From positions 248,001-312,000 of the forward strand of contig RHPI01002402.1 of the NCBI GenBank assembly GCA_009103225.1: a DNA stretch of 64,000 nucleotides, in the 5' to 3' direction. The notes under the pieces are model-generated. The model saw nothing but the letters and a program-made list of their open reading frames with translations. It was not told the origin of the DNA and searched no databases. This document shows positions 21,401-40,708 of this stretch, piece after piece (the stretch's first letter is position 1; each line of letters begins with the position of its first letter). Source of the stretch: Chlorokybus atmophyticus (Eukaryota > Plantae > Mesostigma and Chlorokybus algae). The position numbers were made by a program, and so were the translations under genes.

Positions 21401-23321
21401 TAAAGTAATCTTGCCAGTGATTCAGAGGAACTGGACGACCATATGCTCACCTCACCACCCAGCTGTCTAGCCCACACAGTGCAGCCTTGCAGCTGCTTGC
21501 CATGGAGGGCTGCAACAGCTGCTCGTGCCGCAGATACCGCGGTGTACCGCAGCAATGCCGTTCCACCCAGGCAGCCATCACGTTGCAACCCTGCACAGTC
21601 AAAGGGCGTCAGGGCTTCACATGAATGCAACGCAGCTTGTGCCTACGCTGGCTTGAACCTGAATAGTGTACTCCGCAAACGCACCATGTTTAGTGAAGTC
21701 CTCCGCTGCAATAGGCCTGATGACATCCTCAACAGTGCCCGACTTCTTTGCAACCTTTAAGGCTGCCTCAAACGCGGCATCGCTGTCAATGCCTCCCAGA
21801 GCGACAGTCCGAGCAGATCTGCGCAGAGGACGCACGCAGTCAGTGCACCAACCAAACACGATGAACGACAAGGCGCAGTTGTGACAAGAACGCTTGCCAT
21901 GAGTCAAACCTACCTTTGTTTCAAAGACGGCTCTCCAGACCGAACGGTCTCTTGCTTTTTCTGTGCTTTGGCATTCTTACCTGCAATAACAAAGCAAGTG
22001 TGTACCGCATGCATCAAATAAAGCCAAGCGACATTGCCATCGCAACTTACCAGACACATCATTTGCGTCAGCGCGCTTGCGCTTAACTTCCTGCTGCTGT
22101 GCTTGCGCAACAGGGGTGGCAGCACTCTCCTGTTGTTCAGAGGCTGCTTTGTTGGGTGCATCCTCACCTGCAGCCGCTCATGACATCAGCAAAGTAACAA
22201 AATACACAAGCTGCTACATTCCATCAATGCGCCACTGCAACAAGTGTGAGTCAATGACGCACCTGCTGCAGCTACTGATACAGCGTGCTGCTGCTTGGCT
22301 TTGCGTTCATTCAGAGGTGCACGCTTCTGAGCAAGCTCCACCCGCAGCGCTCGTCCCTGAAGCTTAAAGCCCTGCTTCTCTTTTACTGCACGCTCTGCAT
22401 CCTCAACAAGGGCACTGCATACAGATTACTGTAAGGCAACCAATTGCTGCAACAAGGGAAGGTAGTCTAAGTACATGCCATCAGCAGGGTGCTTACAACT
22501 GAACAAAGCCAAAGCCTCTGTGCTGCTCCGACCCTGCGAACATGCAAACAGCCAAGTGGATGAGATGCTATGCCCTTGTGCAATCGCTAGCTTGATGCAA
22601 CATGACGTATTAAGAGGCATTCCACACTGGCTTGCCTTTGCTTTTGACAGTGAAGCAGCTGCGTACAGGTCCTACATCACTGAACGCCTCTTCAAGCTGA
22701 ACACAAGAATTGTGGTGGTCAGCAAGTCACGCGAAACGAACATGCATGCATGAGAGATCAAACGATTCTGCTGCATGCTCAGCAGAAACCTGTAACCTGC
22801 GCTGTGCGAGCAATGAAAAACAGTACAACGCCAAGAAGTTTGTCTGCCCACTGTACAGTGGGCAGACAGCATAGCACAGTGCTAGTGGCACGAAAGCAAA
22901 AAGCTGGGGATCAAAATTGTTAATTATCTCAAACAACGTCAAGTACGCAACTTACTCGCTTGTTTCATCAAGCATGGCTGCATGCGGTCTGCGTGCATGA
23001 GCTGCACGTACGCTGCATGCGAGAGATTCAAATGCAGCAACGCAGGCACCAGTACTGTTCCAGTCACACACTGGGAACCAGTGCAGCATGCAGAGATCAA
23101 GTGAATTGGGCTTCTCGACCAAAGCAAGTGGGGTGTTGTTTCAACCCACACAGCAGCCAACCAACCTGCGCCTCATTCGCAGTGTAAGGCAGATTGCGCA
23201 CGAACAGCGTCCTCCTATCCGTCTTAGCATCCCTCTCATCCCGTAATGTCCCAGCGCCCACATCCTCTTTGGGAAGCGTCTTCCGGGAGACCTCGCCCCC
23301 AACGGCGGCAGCCGGCGCCAT
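18485..23321 (-). CDS. RBM28: RNA-binding protein 28 / Nop4-like, multi-RRM nucleolar ribosome-biogenesis factor
   Basis: RRMs TLFVRNLPY, KGFAFVTY, TVFVRNIPIDAT..KGTAFVDF, FVSQTRLSVHNVP..KGSAFVEFTEHEHALVALRALNN; HRPIVEFAIEN; C-terminal SRWFE. Confidence 0.92.
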
Positions 23322-23398
23322 GCCCGCCGCCGCCACAACCACCACCACCGTCACCGCCGCCGCAGTAACGCTGATCAGCACAGAGCAATGCACACTGA

Positions 23399-23407
23399 AA
23401 ACCCTAA
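23399..23407 (+). promoter_or_regulatory. Telo-box in the ~210-bp bidirectional promoter of RBM28 and the lipase gene
   Basis: AAACCCTAA between divergent ATGs at 23321 and 23531. Confidence 0.6.
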
Positions 23408-23530
23408 AAGCAGCCGTATGCCGCAGCAGAAAAGCGCAGCTAAGAAAGCAATAAAACAGCTGAAAAAAAGTTCGCTTAATCACGGCGCTGGACAAGAGCG
23501 CTGAGCCATGGCGTTGGGGTGGCCGGCGGC

Positions 23531-26246
23531 ATGGGCGATGACGGCGATGACAGCTACGAGGCGGGGGAGCGGAGGCGGCGCAGGCTTAGCCGCTTTACCA
23601 GGCAGGGTGACGATGACGATGATGTCGACGATAGACGCGGCAAGGACAAACCCTTCGAGCTGCGGGGCCCTCTGCGCACTGTCTTCAGGATTGTCGTCAG
23701 TTGGGGTTTATTCAGTAAGTGCTACCTTGCAATTGATTGCGTGCGTGCAGCATGTGCTTATGCTTCACCTTTGACAGCCTTTAAACGCATGTGCTGCGAA
23801 ATGCATGATTCACGTCTGAGTACACGCCAAGCTTGCCGCAGAGTAAGGTGTGCATGCATGCACTTTACAGCTTGTCGCTGATGATTTCTTGTGTGGGCCT
23901 TTTCTGCAGAGGTCACTGCGCATGTGGTGAAGAAGACCGTGCAGAAAGGTGTGATATGCTAGGCAATGCTTAGCATGCTGTGGTGGCTGGCTGCGGTGGA
24001 CTCGCAAAACAGCATGCCTGCTGTGCATGGCAGCCATAGATTGACGTCTGTGTTCATGTAAGCAACTTTGACAGTGCTTAACGAGGAGGGTTGGATACCG
24101 GACGAGATACGGGAGGCTCTTCATGTGGTCGGCAAGTCCATGCAGAAGATCACCAAGGGGCTGGGTGCCTGGGGCCTTGCTGAACTCACGTAAGTGTGAT
24201 CCTAATACGCCAGCCTCCATCACTTAGAGCAACTCACTTGTGAGTTCATGTATATATTGTCTCTAGGTTTGGTCTCTATGCCGTCTTCCGGCTGCACACA
24301 ACCGCCATGCACGAGGTTGAGAAGGCCCTCGAAGACCATGACAGTTTGCCGCCTGAGCAGGTTACCAGTGGTTGTCATGGCTCAACCCTGCCATGTGCAC
24401 ACACGCATGTGTGCATGTTTACACATACGTGCGTATATATGCCCAGAGCTGTTGTTGTGGGTGGATGTTTACATGCACACGCATGCCTGTGTACACGCGT
24501 GCACACATTGCACAGAAGGCACGTTCACACCTGTTCCCTGCGCCTATTGCAGTGTACAGGAGAACCAGCTTTACGCAACATCTGCCAACTTGCAGGCAAA
24601 AGACTTGTTGCTTGGGTTGGAAGCCGCCGACGCGGCGTACTTTGGCGTGGAGGCAGAGGACCCGGAGGCGTACTTGTTGGAGTACCTGCGGCAGAGGGAC
24701 GTGATGAAGTGCGGGAGCGTAATCAAGTATCAGGCTGAGTCGAGGCCGCTGAAGCCTGCGTATTATATTGTAGTAGACCATACCCACGAGTGGATCCTGG
24801 TTGGCATGCGTGGCACCATGGGCGTGGCCGACGTCCTCACTGACCTTGCGGGATCCTCTGAGAAATACGGTGATGGCCACCATGTTCACTGCGGCATGAT
24901 GGAGTCTGCACAGTGGCTCATGATTGAAGAAGAGCAGGTGTGCTTTGGTCGCTTAGTCGCTTAGTCGAAGCATGTAGCTGTGCTTGCATGCGCATATTGT
25001 GTGTGTTCAGATGCGTGTGCGTACACATGCATGCGCACACACGCAAGCGCTCTTGGGTGTGTGTGCGTGTAAACTTCAATGATAAGAGGTGTAGATTTGA
25101 GCACAAGGTTGTTTAGGCTGCGTGCGTTACGTGAACAAGCAGCAGTATGGCGTGGCTGCTTTGAAGCGAACACGTGTACAGTTATGTTCATGGGTATATG
25201 TATGGTCTATCTTATGCTAATGTTGTGTTCAGCGGTTGATTGATCTCATGAAGGAGTACCCGGACTACAAGTTGAAGCTGGTGGGGCACTCGATGGGTGC
25301 CGGCACGGCTATCTTCACCGCGCTGATCTTGTTGGATGGTCATGCTGCCAAGGAGGCAGGCATCAGCAAAGACCGTGTTATGGTTCAAGCCTACGCACCT
25401 CCAGCTTGCGCCTCCCTTGATTTGGCACAATCTCTAGACTACGTAACTGCAGTAATCCTACAGGTGAGGCAACAGTTGCAACACAAACTTGCCTTGCTGT
25501 TTGTTTTCGCCTGATGACTTTGTTCCATGCACAGGATGACATCGTCCCACGCGCATCGATTGGCGCATTGGAGGACTTGAGGAATGAAGTCTTGACCTGT
25601 GATTGGTACGGTGGCACTCTGCAAGCTGCATGCGATGATGACCTGTTGATGGTCTGTACTTCGCTTGCATCGCAGGTCAGAGGCGGTGTTTGGCGATGAA
25701 GAGGAAACAAAGTTCTCAACAGGAAAGAAGCTGCTGAAAGTAGTTCAGCAGAAGCTGTGCACACCCGTGGAAGAGGACCAGCCCAACTTGGGTAAGCAGG
25801 ACACCATCAAGAAGACGAAGAGTCAGCCCAGCATTTTTGATGAAAGAGATGAAGTCGATGCCTACGCCGGCGCGCGGCCGGACCCGAAAAATGGAGAAGA
25901 GCCTGTTGGTGTGGCGAAGACTGAGGAAGAAGTCCCGATGATGCCAAGGTTGTATCCGCCAGGCAGGCTTCTCCATGTGATCAGGCGCGCGAAGACTGAA
26001 GATGAGAAGAGCGCCGACAATACGGACAAGGGTTCGCATGAGGACGAGGCAAAGAAGAAAGATGGAGGTGATCTCAAGCGGGATGAGGTTGGGTATGAAA
26101 TCTTGCAGGGCTGGAAGCCGGCGGACTTTGCCAAGATTGTCGTGTCGGCGTCTATGGTGGTGGATCACTACACGACCGAGTTGAGGCAAGCTTTGCAGTA
26201 CTACGCCAGTCATAGTGGAGGTATGCGTGCCGAGTTAACAAGCTAG
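23531..26246 (+). CDS. Class-3 lipase (Lipase_3, DAG-lipase-like)
   Basis: PAYYIVVDH..ILVGMRGTMGVADVLTDL; HCGMMESA; nucleophile elbow VGHSMGAG; YAPP; DDIVPRAS; LYPPGRLLH; MVVDHY. Confidence 0.92.
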
Positions 26247-27107
26247 TTAGCTTAAGAGCGTGATGCGCGCATTTCAGGTTAAGTTGATTTGTGTATATGC
26301 AGATTCTTTCACCGACCCGAGAGTTGAACAGTCGGCATGTTGAGGTCAGGTTGGAGAGACACTTGACCAGCCCAGGTTATAATGTCGCCAGGTTCACCAT
26401 TAGGCTGGCAGCTGCTTGCGACATGGCACCTCAATGTATGTATCGGCCGCGCCACTGGCAACATGAGTATGCTTGCTTTGGTGCGTCATGGTTGACCGCT
26501 GACGTGTGCTCATTATAGATACGAAACTCAGCGTTCCCACCCCACTAGCGACAGCAAGTGGCCATGCGATCCAAGACAGCGTCAACCAATCCCACATGCA
26601 CGCCAGCTGCATGGATTCGTAAGCACACAGCTAGTTCAGACCACAATTGACTAACACAGCCTGATGCACAGCATATGAGGCATGAAACCTTTTGTACACC
26701 GATATGGCCACCTTCATGCCTAGCATGACCGGTGGCACTGCGCTGGTATTCAAGCAAGCGCTGCTCTTATATGCTCGCACAGGCCTAAGGTCAAGCAGAA
26801 CACGCTTGTGCCAACAGTGCCTGCATACTGCATGTGCATCTCTCAGTTGCATGTTGTAGGTGTACGTGGCGGAGGTGCATGTAAATGAACACCAGCTGCA
26901 AGGGACGCACAAAGTGCAGCAACCAACATCCAGCTGTCATATATGTAACCAATGATTGTCTGCTAACTACCATCACCTGCATGTTTCTGAGGTAGAACCT
27001 ACACAAGCTATACAATATATCATCAAATGCAATGTCCACTGCTAGGCGGATGCGGTATATACAGCAAGCTCTAAACACAACAACAAACTCACTCCCAGAG
27101 CCATCTC

Positions 27108-28891
27108 CTACTTGCGCGCAGATTTCACCTCGGCAGCAGGCTCCTCCCGTGGACTTGGCAGGTATCGCACCTCCCTGTTGGCATTGCGTGCGGTCTGCCA
27201 CCGTTCTGCCCTCTGCACGGCACTCGTCCCACCTCGCCTCCGCGCGTTTTTCACGACGCTTTCAACACCCCAACCCCACTGCCACCACGTGCCAGCCTTC
27301 TTGGCCTTCTTCGCGGCCTCCATTTCGACACGCCTCTGCACATGGTCATATGTTCTGGTGTCAAGACGCGCATTGGACAATAAATCTACATTGTTATGCA
27401 TGGTAAGTATTGAAAGCATTGTCTGATAGGAAGGAGGAGGACTTCCAACTTACAAAGGCATCAACTTGCCGCTTGTGCCATCTGTCTTGAGCCTGCGCAG
27501 AGACAGCATTGCCAGTTAAGCCACCTCAAACAGCAGCACAACATATTCTCTTTTTCACAATGACTTGAAGGCTCGTAATAGCAGTACCATTGAGAACACA
27601 TCTGCTCCGTTCAGTCCCATCCCGGACATCATGGCCCCAACCTGCATCGGGCAGCATACTCCGTGAGTTGTACCCAGAAACAGCATGCACATATGTATAT
27701 CAACAAGCTGCACTCACATTGACTCGCTCGACACGCCGCATCTCGTCCTCCAACAATTTCAATTGTGGCGCCGTGACCCAATGAATGCAACTAACAGGGC
27801 TAACAAAACCAACAAAAAGACATGTATCAGGCGTGGTGTAAGTAACTGCTGCCGTGAGCAGCCAACACAAGCAGCGGACTTACCAGGTGTCAATAGCCTC
27901 CTGAACCATAGCAACATTGTCATCCTGCTTCATCGCTCTCGCCCTTCCAAAATCCTCTTCAATCATGAATGTGGCTGGTGCGCAATGCGCGCAATTCTTG
28001 CAACCTATCAAGGTAAGGAAATAAACACTATAAGGGCGCTGCATGCAACACAACGACACAAACAGACAAACAACAGGTGACTTGTCTCTTTCGGTCTGTC
28101 GTGACAACGTTACCTATGCAACTAAACTCGTCAACAAAGACTTTATCTGCGTCAAACTTCGTGTCTTCAAAAGGATTGGTGGCGCTGATGGAGAAACCAT
28201 TGATCTCGTCATAGACTGTGCGCTTATGAACATCGCTGAGCACCTGCACAAGAACACAATATTGTGACATGCATTGCTCACAAATGCACAAACATACGCC
28301 CATGCACGCACGTACATGGACTTGCTCTCTCGTTTACTCATACCAAGGCAAAATACCTCATAGGCTTCGTTCAGGTACATGCAGAACGCTGTGCTCTCAG
28401 GATGGTTGCCGCTGAGGTCTGGATGGCAGAGCCGCATGCTGGCATAGTAAGCTTGCTTGACCTCCTCTGCTGAAGCATCAGGCTCCTACACAAGAAGCAG
28501 TCAAATCAATATATGGAGTGCTGCCCTAAACAAGCAGACTGCATTTCAAAAGTGCTCAGTCACACACCAAGCCCAGTGCGGAGTAGTAATCCTGCGAGCG
28601 CCAGTCATCGTCGGGGTCCTCCGCCTCGTCCTCCTCGTCCTCAACGGGTTCAAGCCGAGGAGGAGACGCCACAGCCTCCGCCGGCCTGGCACTCTGCCGC
28701 CGCCTCCTCCTTCCGCTCAGGCCTCCAAGCAGCAGCTTCAGCTCCGCTGCCGCCCTATGGCGCAAGCCAAGCCACCGCGCGCAGGTCGCCGGCGACGGCG
28801 ATGGTGAACGCAACCTCCCCACCACCCGCTGGCACCGCGGAGACGCCGACGCCGACGCCGACAGCGACAAGGCCACCGCCGTCGCCGCCAT
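27108..28891 (-). CDS. Plastid J-domain protein with 4Fe-4S ferredoxin domain (CDJ3/4/5, DJC76-type)
   Basis: Ser/Ala/Arg-rich transit peptide; DYYSALGL; CHPDLSG (HPD); LNEAYEVLSD; VFVDEFSCIG-CKNCAHCAPATFMIEEDFGRAR; AIDTC-PVSCIHWV. Confidence 0.92.
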
Positions 28892-29499
28892 GCTGGCCCG
28901 CGCCTACCTACAGCCTAAAGCTGCTGCATGCTGCACTCCGCACTGAATCCTCAGTTGAAAATGTCAGCAATGAATCTCTTCCCGGCGGAAAGTTTCCTGT
29001 CCTGTTGTCTCTTGCTTGTTCCCAAACCCGCCCCGCTCAAACTTCCAGCAACCGGGCACACTTGCAAGTTGCAACCCCATCACTAGCACAACATGTCATC
29101 AGTCATGAGCAATTGTCCTAGGTCCGTTCCCAGGTGGAATTTTGTAATGCGGACCGGTTGAGGATTTGGCGGCAGTTGGGCGTGCGGATAGCGCTGTGCA
29201 AGCGCATGCAAGCAAAGTGTCGGCATGGTGTCTTTGCATGCACAAGTTGACTGTCATACGAGTTCTGTGACTGCATGCTGTTGGGATCAGTGACGAGTCA
29301 TCTATCCCGACATCTGATAACACTGCTTATTTTATTGACTCCATTAGAGTCCCCCTCTTCTTGCCTCCTCTTCTTAACCACCCCCTCCCCCGCCCTTCCC
29401 CCTCTCTGTATGAGACGATGGCGTGCTCTTTATTTCATCAACGAGATGCATGGTTGGTGCCATGCGGGTAAAGTGCATTTTTTTTATTGTATGTTGGAC

Positions 29500-32400
29500 T
29501 TAATGTTACTCACATGCTTACTAACAAACATTGTTAGCTAACAATTAAAAGTGTCTCAATGGCACTCAAACATCCACCCGTATTATACAGATGAACACGA
29601 ACAAGAGCAGGTCGGACAGGCAAAAGAATACAACGATACATGTACCAATAAAGTTTGAGTTAATTACTCAAGTACAGCAATGGATTATTATAATTGGTCA
29701 ACATGGCGAGCGTTAGCAGCGGTTGACAAAAGGCTGATAGTAATGTATATTGATGCATATTAACTTTATAGCATTGGAAATGTGCATGCGCGTATAACAT
29801 TATCAATAACGATGTAACTTTTTGCTTTGAAGGTGTTTACAAGCATTTCGGTGCTGATTAACAAAACAAAGATATTGGTGCTAAAATAATTTATGCGATA
29901 AGAGACAAAACGAAGAAAACAAAACCGTCATAACATCCAATCATTAAAATATCCAAGTGCATTATATGCTTTTTTTATGGCATAGCTTTGCTATTGGCTC
30001 TCATCATGTGTTTTAAGGCTGTGCCTATCTGGCTCTCATGCATTAAAGTTAAAATTTTGTGTAACATCTTTATATCATTATGTAGCTTCCTGTAACAGCG
30101 TCGAAAGTCTCCCTTTAGACACAAAGACATCTCACGTGCCATGTCTCAATCAATTGAACAATAATAACGTACAAAAATCTGTTACATAAAAATATATACC
30201 CAAGCAGTTCTCTATGTCCCCTCTTCAAGAGCCCGCAAATTGTACCAAGCCAGAGCATTTTGTGAGCCTAGCTCTCCTATCATGCCTGCAACTCTTGCAA
30301 TATTCTTATAATGTAGCATAATTATAGTTATAATCGATTAAAATCTACATACATATATATATACATATATGTATACATGTGCATATACGTATAAATATAT
30401 GTATATATTTAAACGATACATTTATATATATATATATATATGCATGAAGGTGTAAATAAATTATTGGAATGCCACTATCGCAATCTGCATGGTTGGATTG
30501 TGCTCTTTTGCATTGTGTGAAATGATTACTTGTTGCTATCGAATATGGTTATACCTTTCATCCACACTACTCTTTCTCACGTAATAGTATACGCCTAATG
30601 CTACACCGTTATACAATCATATATGTGTGTTGGCTTAAATAATATTCATGCAATACATGTTAGGTATAGCAAGTTGCTAAGATGGTAATGTGCTTTGACA
30701 TAAGCACAAATATATGCAACATTGCATTTTATTGCATGCTTCTACGCATAAGCTTTAATAATTTCATTGCCAACGAAAGTAATACTTGTGGTTGTCGATG
30801 TCGCTATAATCCAGCGAACAGCAAGGAAATTGCAGCTATATGGCATCATATCGAGTATGATGTCGCATTAGCCATTTGTATTAACTTAGTGAAACGACGT
30901 TCATCGCACGGTATTGTTCACTGTAATATACATAACATCAACTTTTACACATTGAGGCAGTTTTTGTGTATGTAGCAGTATAATGACCCTTGAACAACCC
31001 AAATGAAGATGGATTTAAGTACGTGATGAGCAACTTGAAGTCATTTAATGTGTAGTGGATAAAAGGAGATGTGGTCAGTGTCTTTTATTGCCGGCTTGGC
31101 GAACTCAATCTAGAAGTTGTTTATAATGCTGTAAGGTTGGATTGTGTTGGCCACATATGAAAACAAGTGCACGGCTTGGGTGGGTTGTAACGGAGGACGT
31201 GCGCCATGTGTGCAGGCAACTGCGCATTCAACATTGCACGAGCATGTTTGCATGGACCAAAACATGATTAGTAAATCAACAATTATTGGTGATAGTAGCT
31301 GTTAACCGGTCACCAGCACGAGCTCTGCAACACTTGCATGATGATGCCCCCATTAGGTGGAGTGCATAGTGCAAATGAACAAGGCTTTGTGAGACAAGCA
31401 TGAGAAGAAGAACCTCGTGAAGGGCGTGCGGTAGGCGAAGATAAGCGAAGTGAATGTAACATTGGCGCCTTGACCACTAGGCTATGGCAGCAAAAGTCAT
31501 TGTCATAGGAGGAGCCACATGCCATTCAACCAAATGTCTGATACCCGCGGTATGACAAGGTATGAATGGCATGCATATTGTGCGAAGGTGTGCATGCACT
31601 ATTTTGATAATATTCTACATTACCACAATCATTGTGGTAGAATATGATATTTTATTGTGTATTGCTGGAAGCAATGCTGTACACGTTGATTATGGACATG
31701 TCAGTGCACGATAGCAGAACATGTGGCACAAATAATCAAAGCCCAAAAATTGGTACCGGCGCATTGAGTATTGGATGCAAAATCTCACATGCAAAGTGCA
31801 TGACGGCATCGACAAGGCCTTTAAGACATGGATCGTAACGCGAACACCGAGCAGCTATTGATGGCGCGCATCTCATCTTCTCATCAATGCCATATAGAAC
31901 GTTAAGTGATCCGTTATCGTCAGTTTAGATCGAGACACTTCCATTTTTAAGTTTAAGAGGTGATTAATCAAACTTAATCTACGTAAAAACTCACAAAGTA
32001 AATGTGGTGAATGTGAGTAATAAGGCAATATTGATGAGTATGATAATAATCAATTGTTTTCTGAGTAGTGCGGCTTTATAATTACTGCACTTTAAAAAGC
32101 GAATGTCGCACAATACGTATCATATTGTTTAAGTGCCAAGCACATGGTAACGTCAAAGTCTCCAATGGCTTCAAGCATGATGTACAAAAAAAAAAAAAAA
32201 ACCAATGGTTGACAATGTGACTTATAAGTATAAAAAAAGGGCACATTTGATTATATGGATACGGCATTACGGACTCCTCCATACCGTATTGCGCCCAGGG
32301 TGCGAGATCTTTTGAGGAGTTGTTCATGATTCAGCAACTTTGAAAGCGGTTGTGCACACGTTAAAGATGCACATGGCCTAAATCACTTGCCTCCAATGCG

Positions 32401-33000
32401 TTGCACTTGCGCGTGCATGAATATCACATGCATATCATATTATATAAGGCCATGTTAACATCTGATGGCTATAAATACATAGATGAGATGGGCCATGCAT
32501 TTGCAGGCTGTGACATGAATATATGTTCGAATATATGACATGATTCATCGTTTAAAATTCAACAACCGTTAATACACGACGTGCATCCACATGTCATAAG
32601 GAATGCTCTCTTAGAAGGTTGTGATGTTTAAAGATCTACAGTTATTATGACATGTTCCCCAGGTTGCATAAAAAACAGTGCTGAATGCAATACAATTACC
32701 GGCCAGCTTAGTGTGAAGTCCTTTTTATAAAAAGCTTTCATGGCCTCGACTCCACGCCTTTATGAACTATCATTGAAACATATATTTCGCCCCTCAAACA
32801 CTCGTATGAAAGTTATTTTTCACTTCATCTGTTCATGTTTGAGTTGATCAGTCAATGAAAATGCATTGACTTTGCAGCTGGAATGGCCTTGGATGCAAGA
32901 TTAAAATAAAACTAAGAATCAGTTCCGAGGCTTTTCTTTTTTTTTTTGACGAGATGTACGTGTTGCTACGGTAACACGAGGCGCTTGCGTAATGGTCCTG
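29500..33000. other. AT-rich island with no intact ORF between two divergent chaperone genes
   Basis: Visibly far more A/T-rich than flanks; stop-rich in all frames; includes an imperfect (TA)n tract at ~30348-30441. Confidence 0.8.
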
Positions 33001-33466
33001 TCCACCAGACTGCAAAGGCCTGAGCTGGAAGCTATGGTCGACATGGTCATTGATGGTTGATGCTTCACTACATGACCCATATTTGTCTTTTTGTTCGCAG
33101 TTGATAGCCAACACCCATCACGCTGCATGAGACGTGTGACGAGTCCGACGTCACTGTCAGACCGACGACACGGCGTCTCGCAGCAACTGCGGATATCCAT
33201 GCACTCAGAAGGTCAGACATGCGCCCAGAGACGGATATCGACTCAAGTGAGCGCGGAAGCTTCTGGCGACAGCTGAGCACTTCTGGCATGCCAGTCAAGC
33301 AGTGTTTGTTTGTGCTTTCAGTTCGTTGGCGGCTTTGCCACTCATCTTGCCGCATTGATACACGCTGGCGGCGGAATAGGGTTTGTAGTTGGGTGGGCGG
33401 CGACGGAGGAGGAGGAGCACGAGGAGGACCACGAGGTGAAGGTGGGAGGGTCTGGGAGCAGCTGCC

Positions 33467-38465
<4,999 letters not shown>

Positions 38466-38859
38466 GGGTTAGTGCGCTGAGTTGGGATTGCTGTGAGCAG
38501 ATGCGGTGGGGGTTTTGCAAGGTTGTCAGCGTGACTAGTTGCGTGGTCGCTTGGGGAACCTGCGGGTGTCATGCTGCAAACCCAGGGGTACGTTCCCCAT
38601 GGTTGCATTTGGAGTCGAGCATTGACAAGTTGAGTGGGTGATTCACATGCAAGTGGTTTTGGACTTGCATGCACGTGTCTGCACAGGCAGATGCCACCCA
38701 CTACGGAGTCAATTGTGGCACTAGCGTAGGTGATCTGGTTTTTTGTATTGTCGTGTCGTGTGCATGAGTGTGTATAAAATAAGCGCGAGGCTATATTGAG
38801 CATGCCTTTCAGTGTCCTGCATCACATGCAGCAAACCACACACACCACCATGCTGCATG

Positions 38860-39060
38860 TGCAACCATTGGGCTAACGTTACCCTCTACTCTGCCCCTAC
38901 TCCTACCGCCCCCTCGATCAATTGTGCATGCATGCATCTACGCCAGTGGTGGTAGTCAACTGTACTCCACAAAGCGTCTCTGCGTTAGTGCCGACACCAG
39001 CAAGTACAAGGTTGACTAGCAGACTCCCATTGTCGCCCCTCCATCCACCACCGTCGCTTT
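38860..39060 (-). repeat. Dispersed repeat family copy (diverged)
   Basis: Reverse complement reads GGGAGTC..CTTGCTG..CATGCATGCA..GGGGGCGGTAGGAGTAGG..GTTAGCCCAATGGT. Confidence 0.65.
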
Positions 39061-39449
39061 TTGCCACTGTCGTTTGCGCGCTTTCATCAGCCAGCATGCA
39101 TACATATGTACAACATGTACAGGTGCTACGTGCACGGCCATCAACCTCTATTATTATTGACATGTACGTGTCGGATGTTAGTGCTGCACCATGCCTAGCC
39201 GTACCGGCAATTGTCGTCATGTGTACTCCTCCCGCTGTGTACAGAAAATGCGCAACACGTATGCACATGCACGACACATGCAATGGACCCAGCATCATGT
39301 CCACATGCAGTCAACACCGTTCATGTGTACAAAGATAGTATGCTGCTTATGTGTCGGTATGTGCGTGTACAGAAAATGCGAGAGGGGTATGCCCATTCAG
39401 ACCACACCACGCATGCAACACTGCAGAACACACTCACCTCGTTACTACA

Positions 39450-39680
39450 TACGCGACCACCGGGCTACCTACTCTACTCCTACACCTACATCTACGCCCC
39501 CCTGTCAGTCATGCATGCACACGTTGCAATCGTGGTTACCTGCACCAGCGCCACCTGGTTAGCGGCCCATTTGCAGCAGCACCAGCGGTCACAAGAGCAG
39601 CAGGACTTGGACTCCCCCTCCCTCCTCCCTTCCCTACACCCTCCCTCCTCCCGCCGTCTGACGCTCTGCCGTCGGCCGCA
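39450..39680 (-). repeat. Dispersed repeat family copy (full)
   Basis: Reverse complement: GA-rich tract, GGGGGAGTCCAAGTCCTGCTG, GTGCAGGTAAC, ACGTGTGCATGCATGACTGACAGGGGGG, GTAGGAGTAG, TAGCCCGGTGGTCG (ACCACCGGG at 39456-39464). Confidence 0.8.
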
Positions 39681-39769
39681 ACTGCATGTGTAGGGAGTTC
39701 GTGGCGCAGTAAAAACTGATGTCTAGCCTTGCATACTCGTTGCATACACGCCAGCTGCTGCGTAGTAAT

Positions 39770-39941
39770 GCACTACTCATACGCATGTATGCATGTCTAA
39801 CGGGGAGGTCTAGACTAGTGTAGTGTTGGAACAAACAGTGTGTATAGCCCGGTGGTTGTGTTACAATGTGCGTGCATACTATTTGGCATGCTGTGAGTGA
39901 TGTCATGCATGTCCACAATTACTGGCAGCATATCCTGTACA
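39770..39941 (+). repeat. Repeat family 3' half followed by an 84-bp segment duplicated at 48187-48270
   Basis: GCATGTCTAACGGGGAGG..AGCCCGGTGGT (39848-39856); 39858-39941 matches 48187-48270 at 77/84 positions. Confidence 0.8.
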
Positions 39942-40550
39942 CTCAGCAAACGCTGCAAAGGTGTCTCAATCACTCTGCTGCAAAGCATCATATCTTGAGA
40001 GCTAATGCATGGCTTACGCCAATCTCCTCAGCGTCTTGTACGGGAAGGCTGTGCGAAGTATGCAGGTAGCGCTTGTGCTTCTTCGCGTCGTTGCACTGTT
40101 GACCAGGCATATGGTCACACAACAGAGGGGGGGCCCCGAGTCACAGGCATGCAGCACCATGTGGTCACAAATTTGTTACAGAAGAGGGAGTACTCACGTA
40201 AGTGAAGAAGGGCGACGACCAAGTATGCAATATGAATTGCCTTGTCCCCACATAAGCATTGCCTGCATGTGAGAGCCCAACACGTGGACAATACACACCC
40301 AGCCACCCTTCCCCAATGTCACAAACGAGTCATAAAATGTGTATAATATAGTATGCAAGGATTGTGTACGTAGATCCAAAGCATAGTTGTGCGTGCGTGG
40401 CTCACAGAATGTGGGAATGAGTGGGAGTGCGTGTGTGTGTACGCCGAGTAGTTGGGATTGCACCGGTATGCACAATGCGTATGCTAGCACACGTGTCACG
40501 CACGCACGCACAAAATAACAACAAGCAAGCCGAAGAGCGCGAGCCACGTG

Positions 40551-40552
<2 letters not shown>

Positions 40553-40627
<75 letters not shown>

Positions 40628-40661
40628 NNNNNNNNNNNNNNNNNNNNNNNNNNNNNNNNNN

Positions 40662-40704
<43 letters not shown>
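40553..40704. repeat. (AG)n microsatellite with internal N gap (40628-40661)
   Basis: Direct observation. Confidence 0.97.

Positions 40705-40708
<4 letters not shown>

Noticed and set aside
29554-32844. Intact DNA transposon with TIRs bounding the AT-rich island
   Set aside because: Only a 10-bp inverted match, no transposase ORF, no adjacent TSD.
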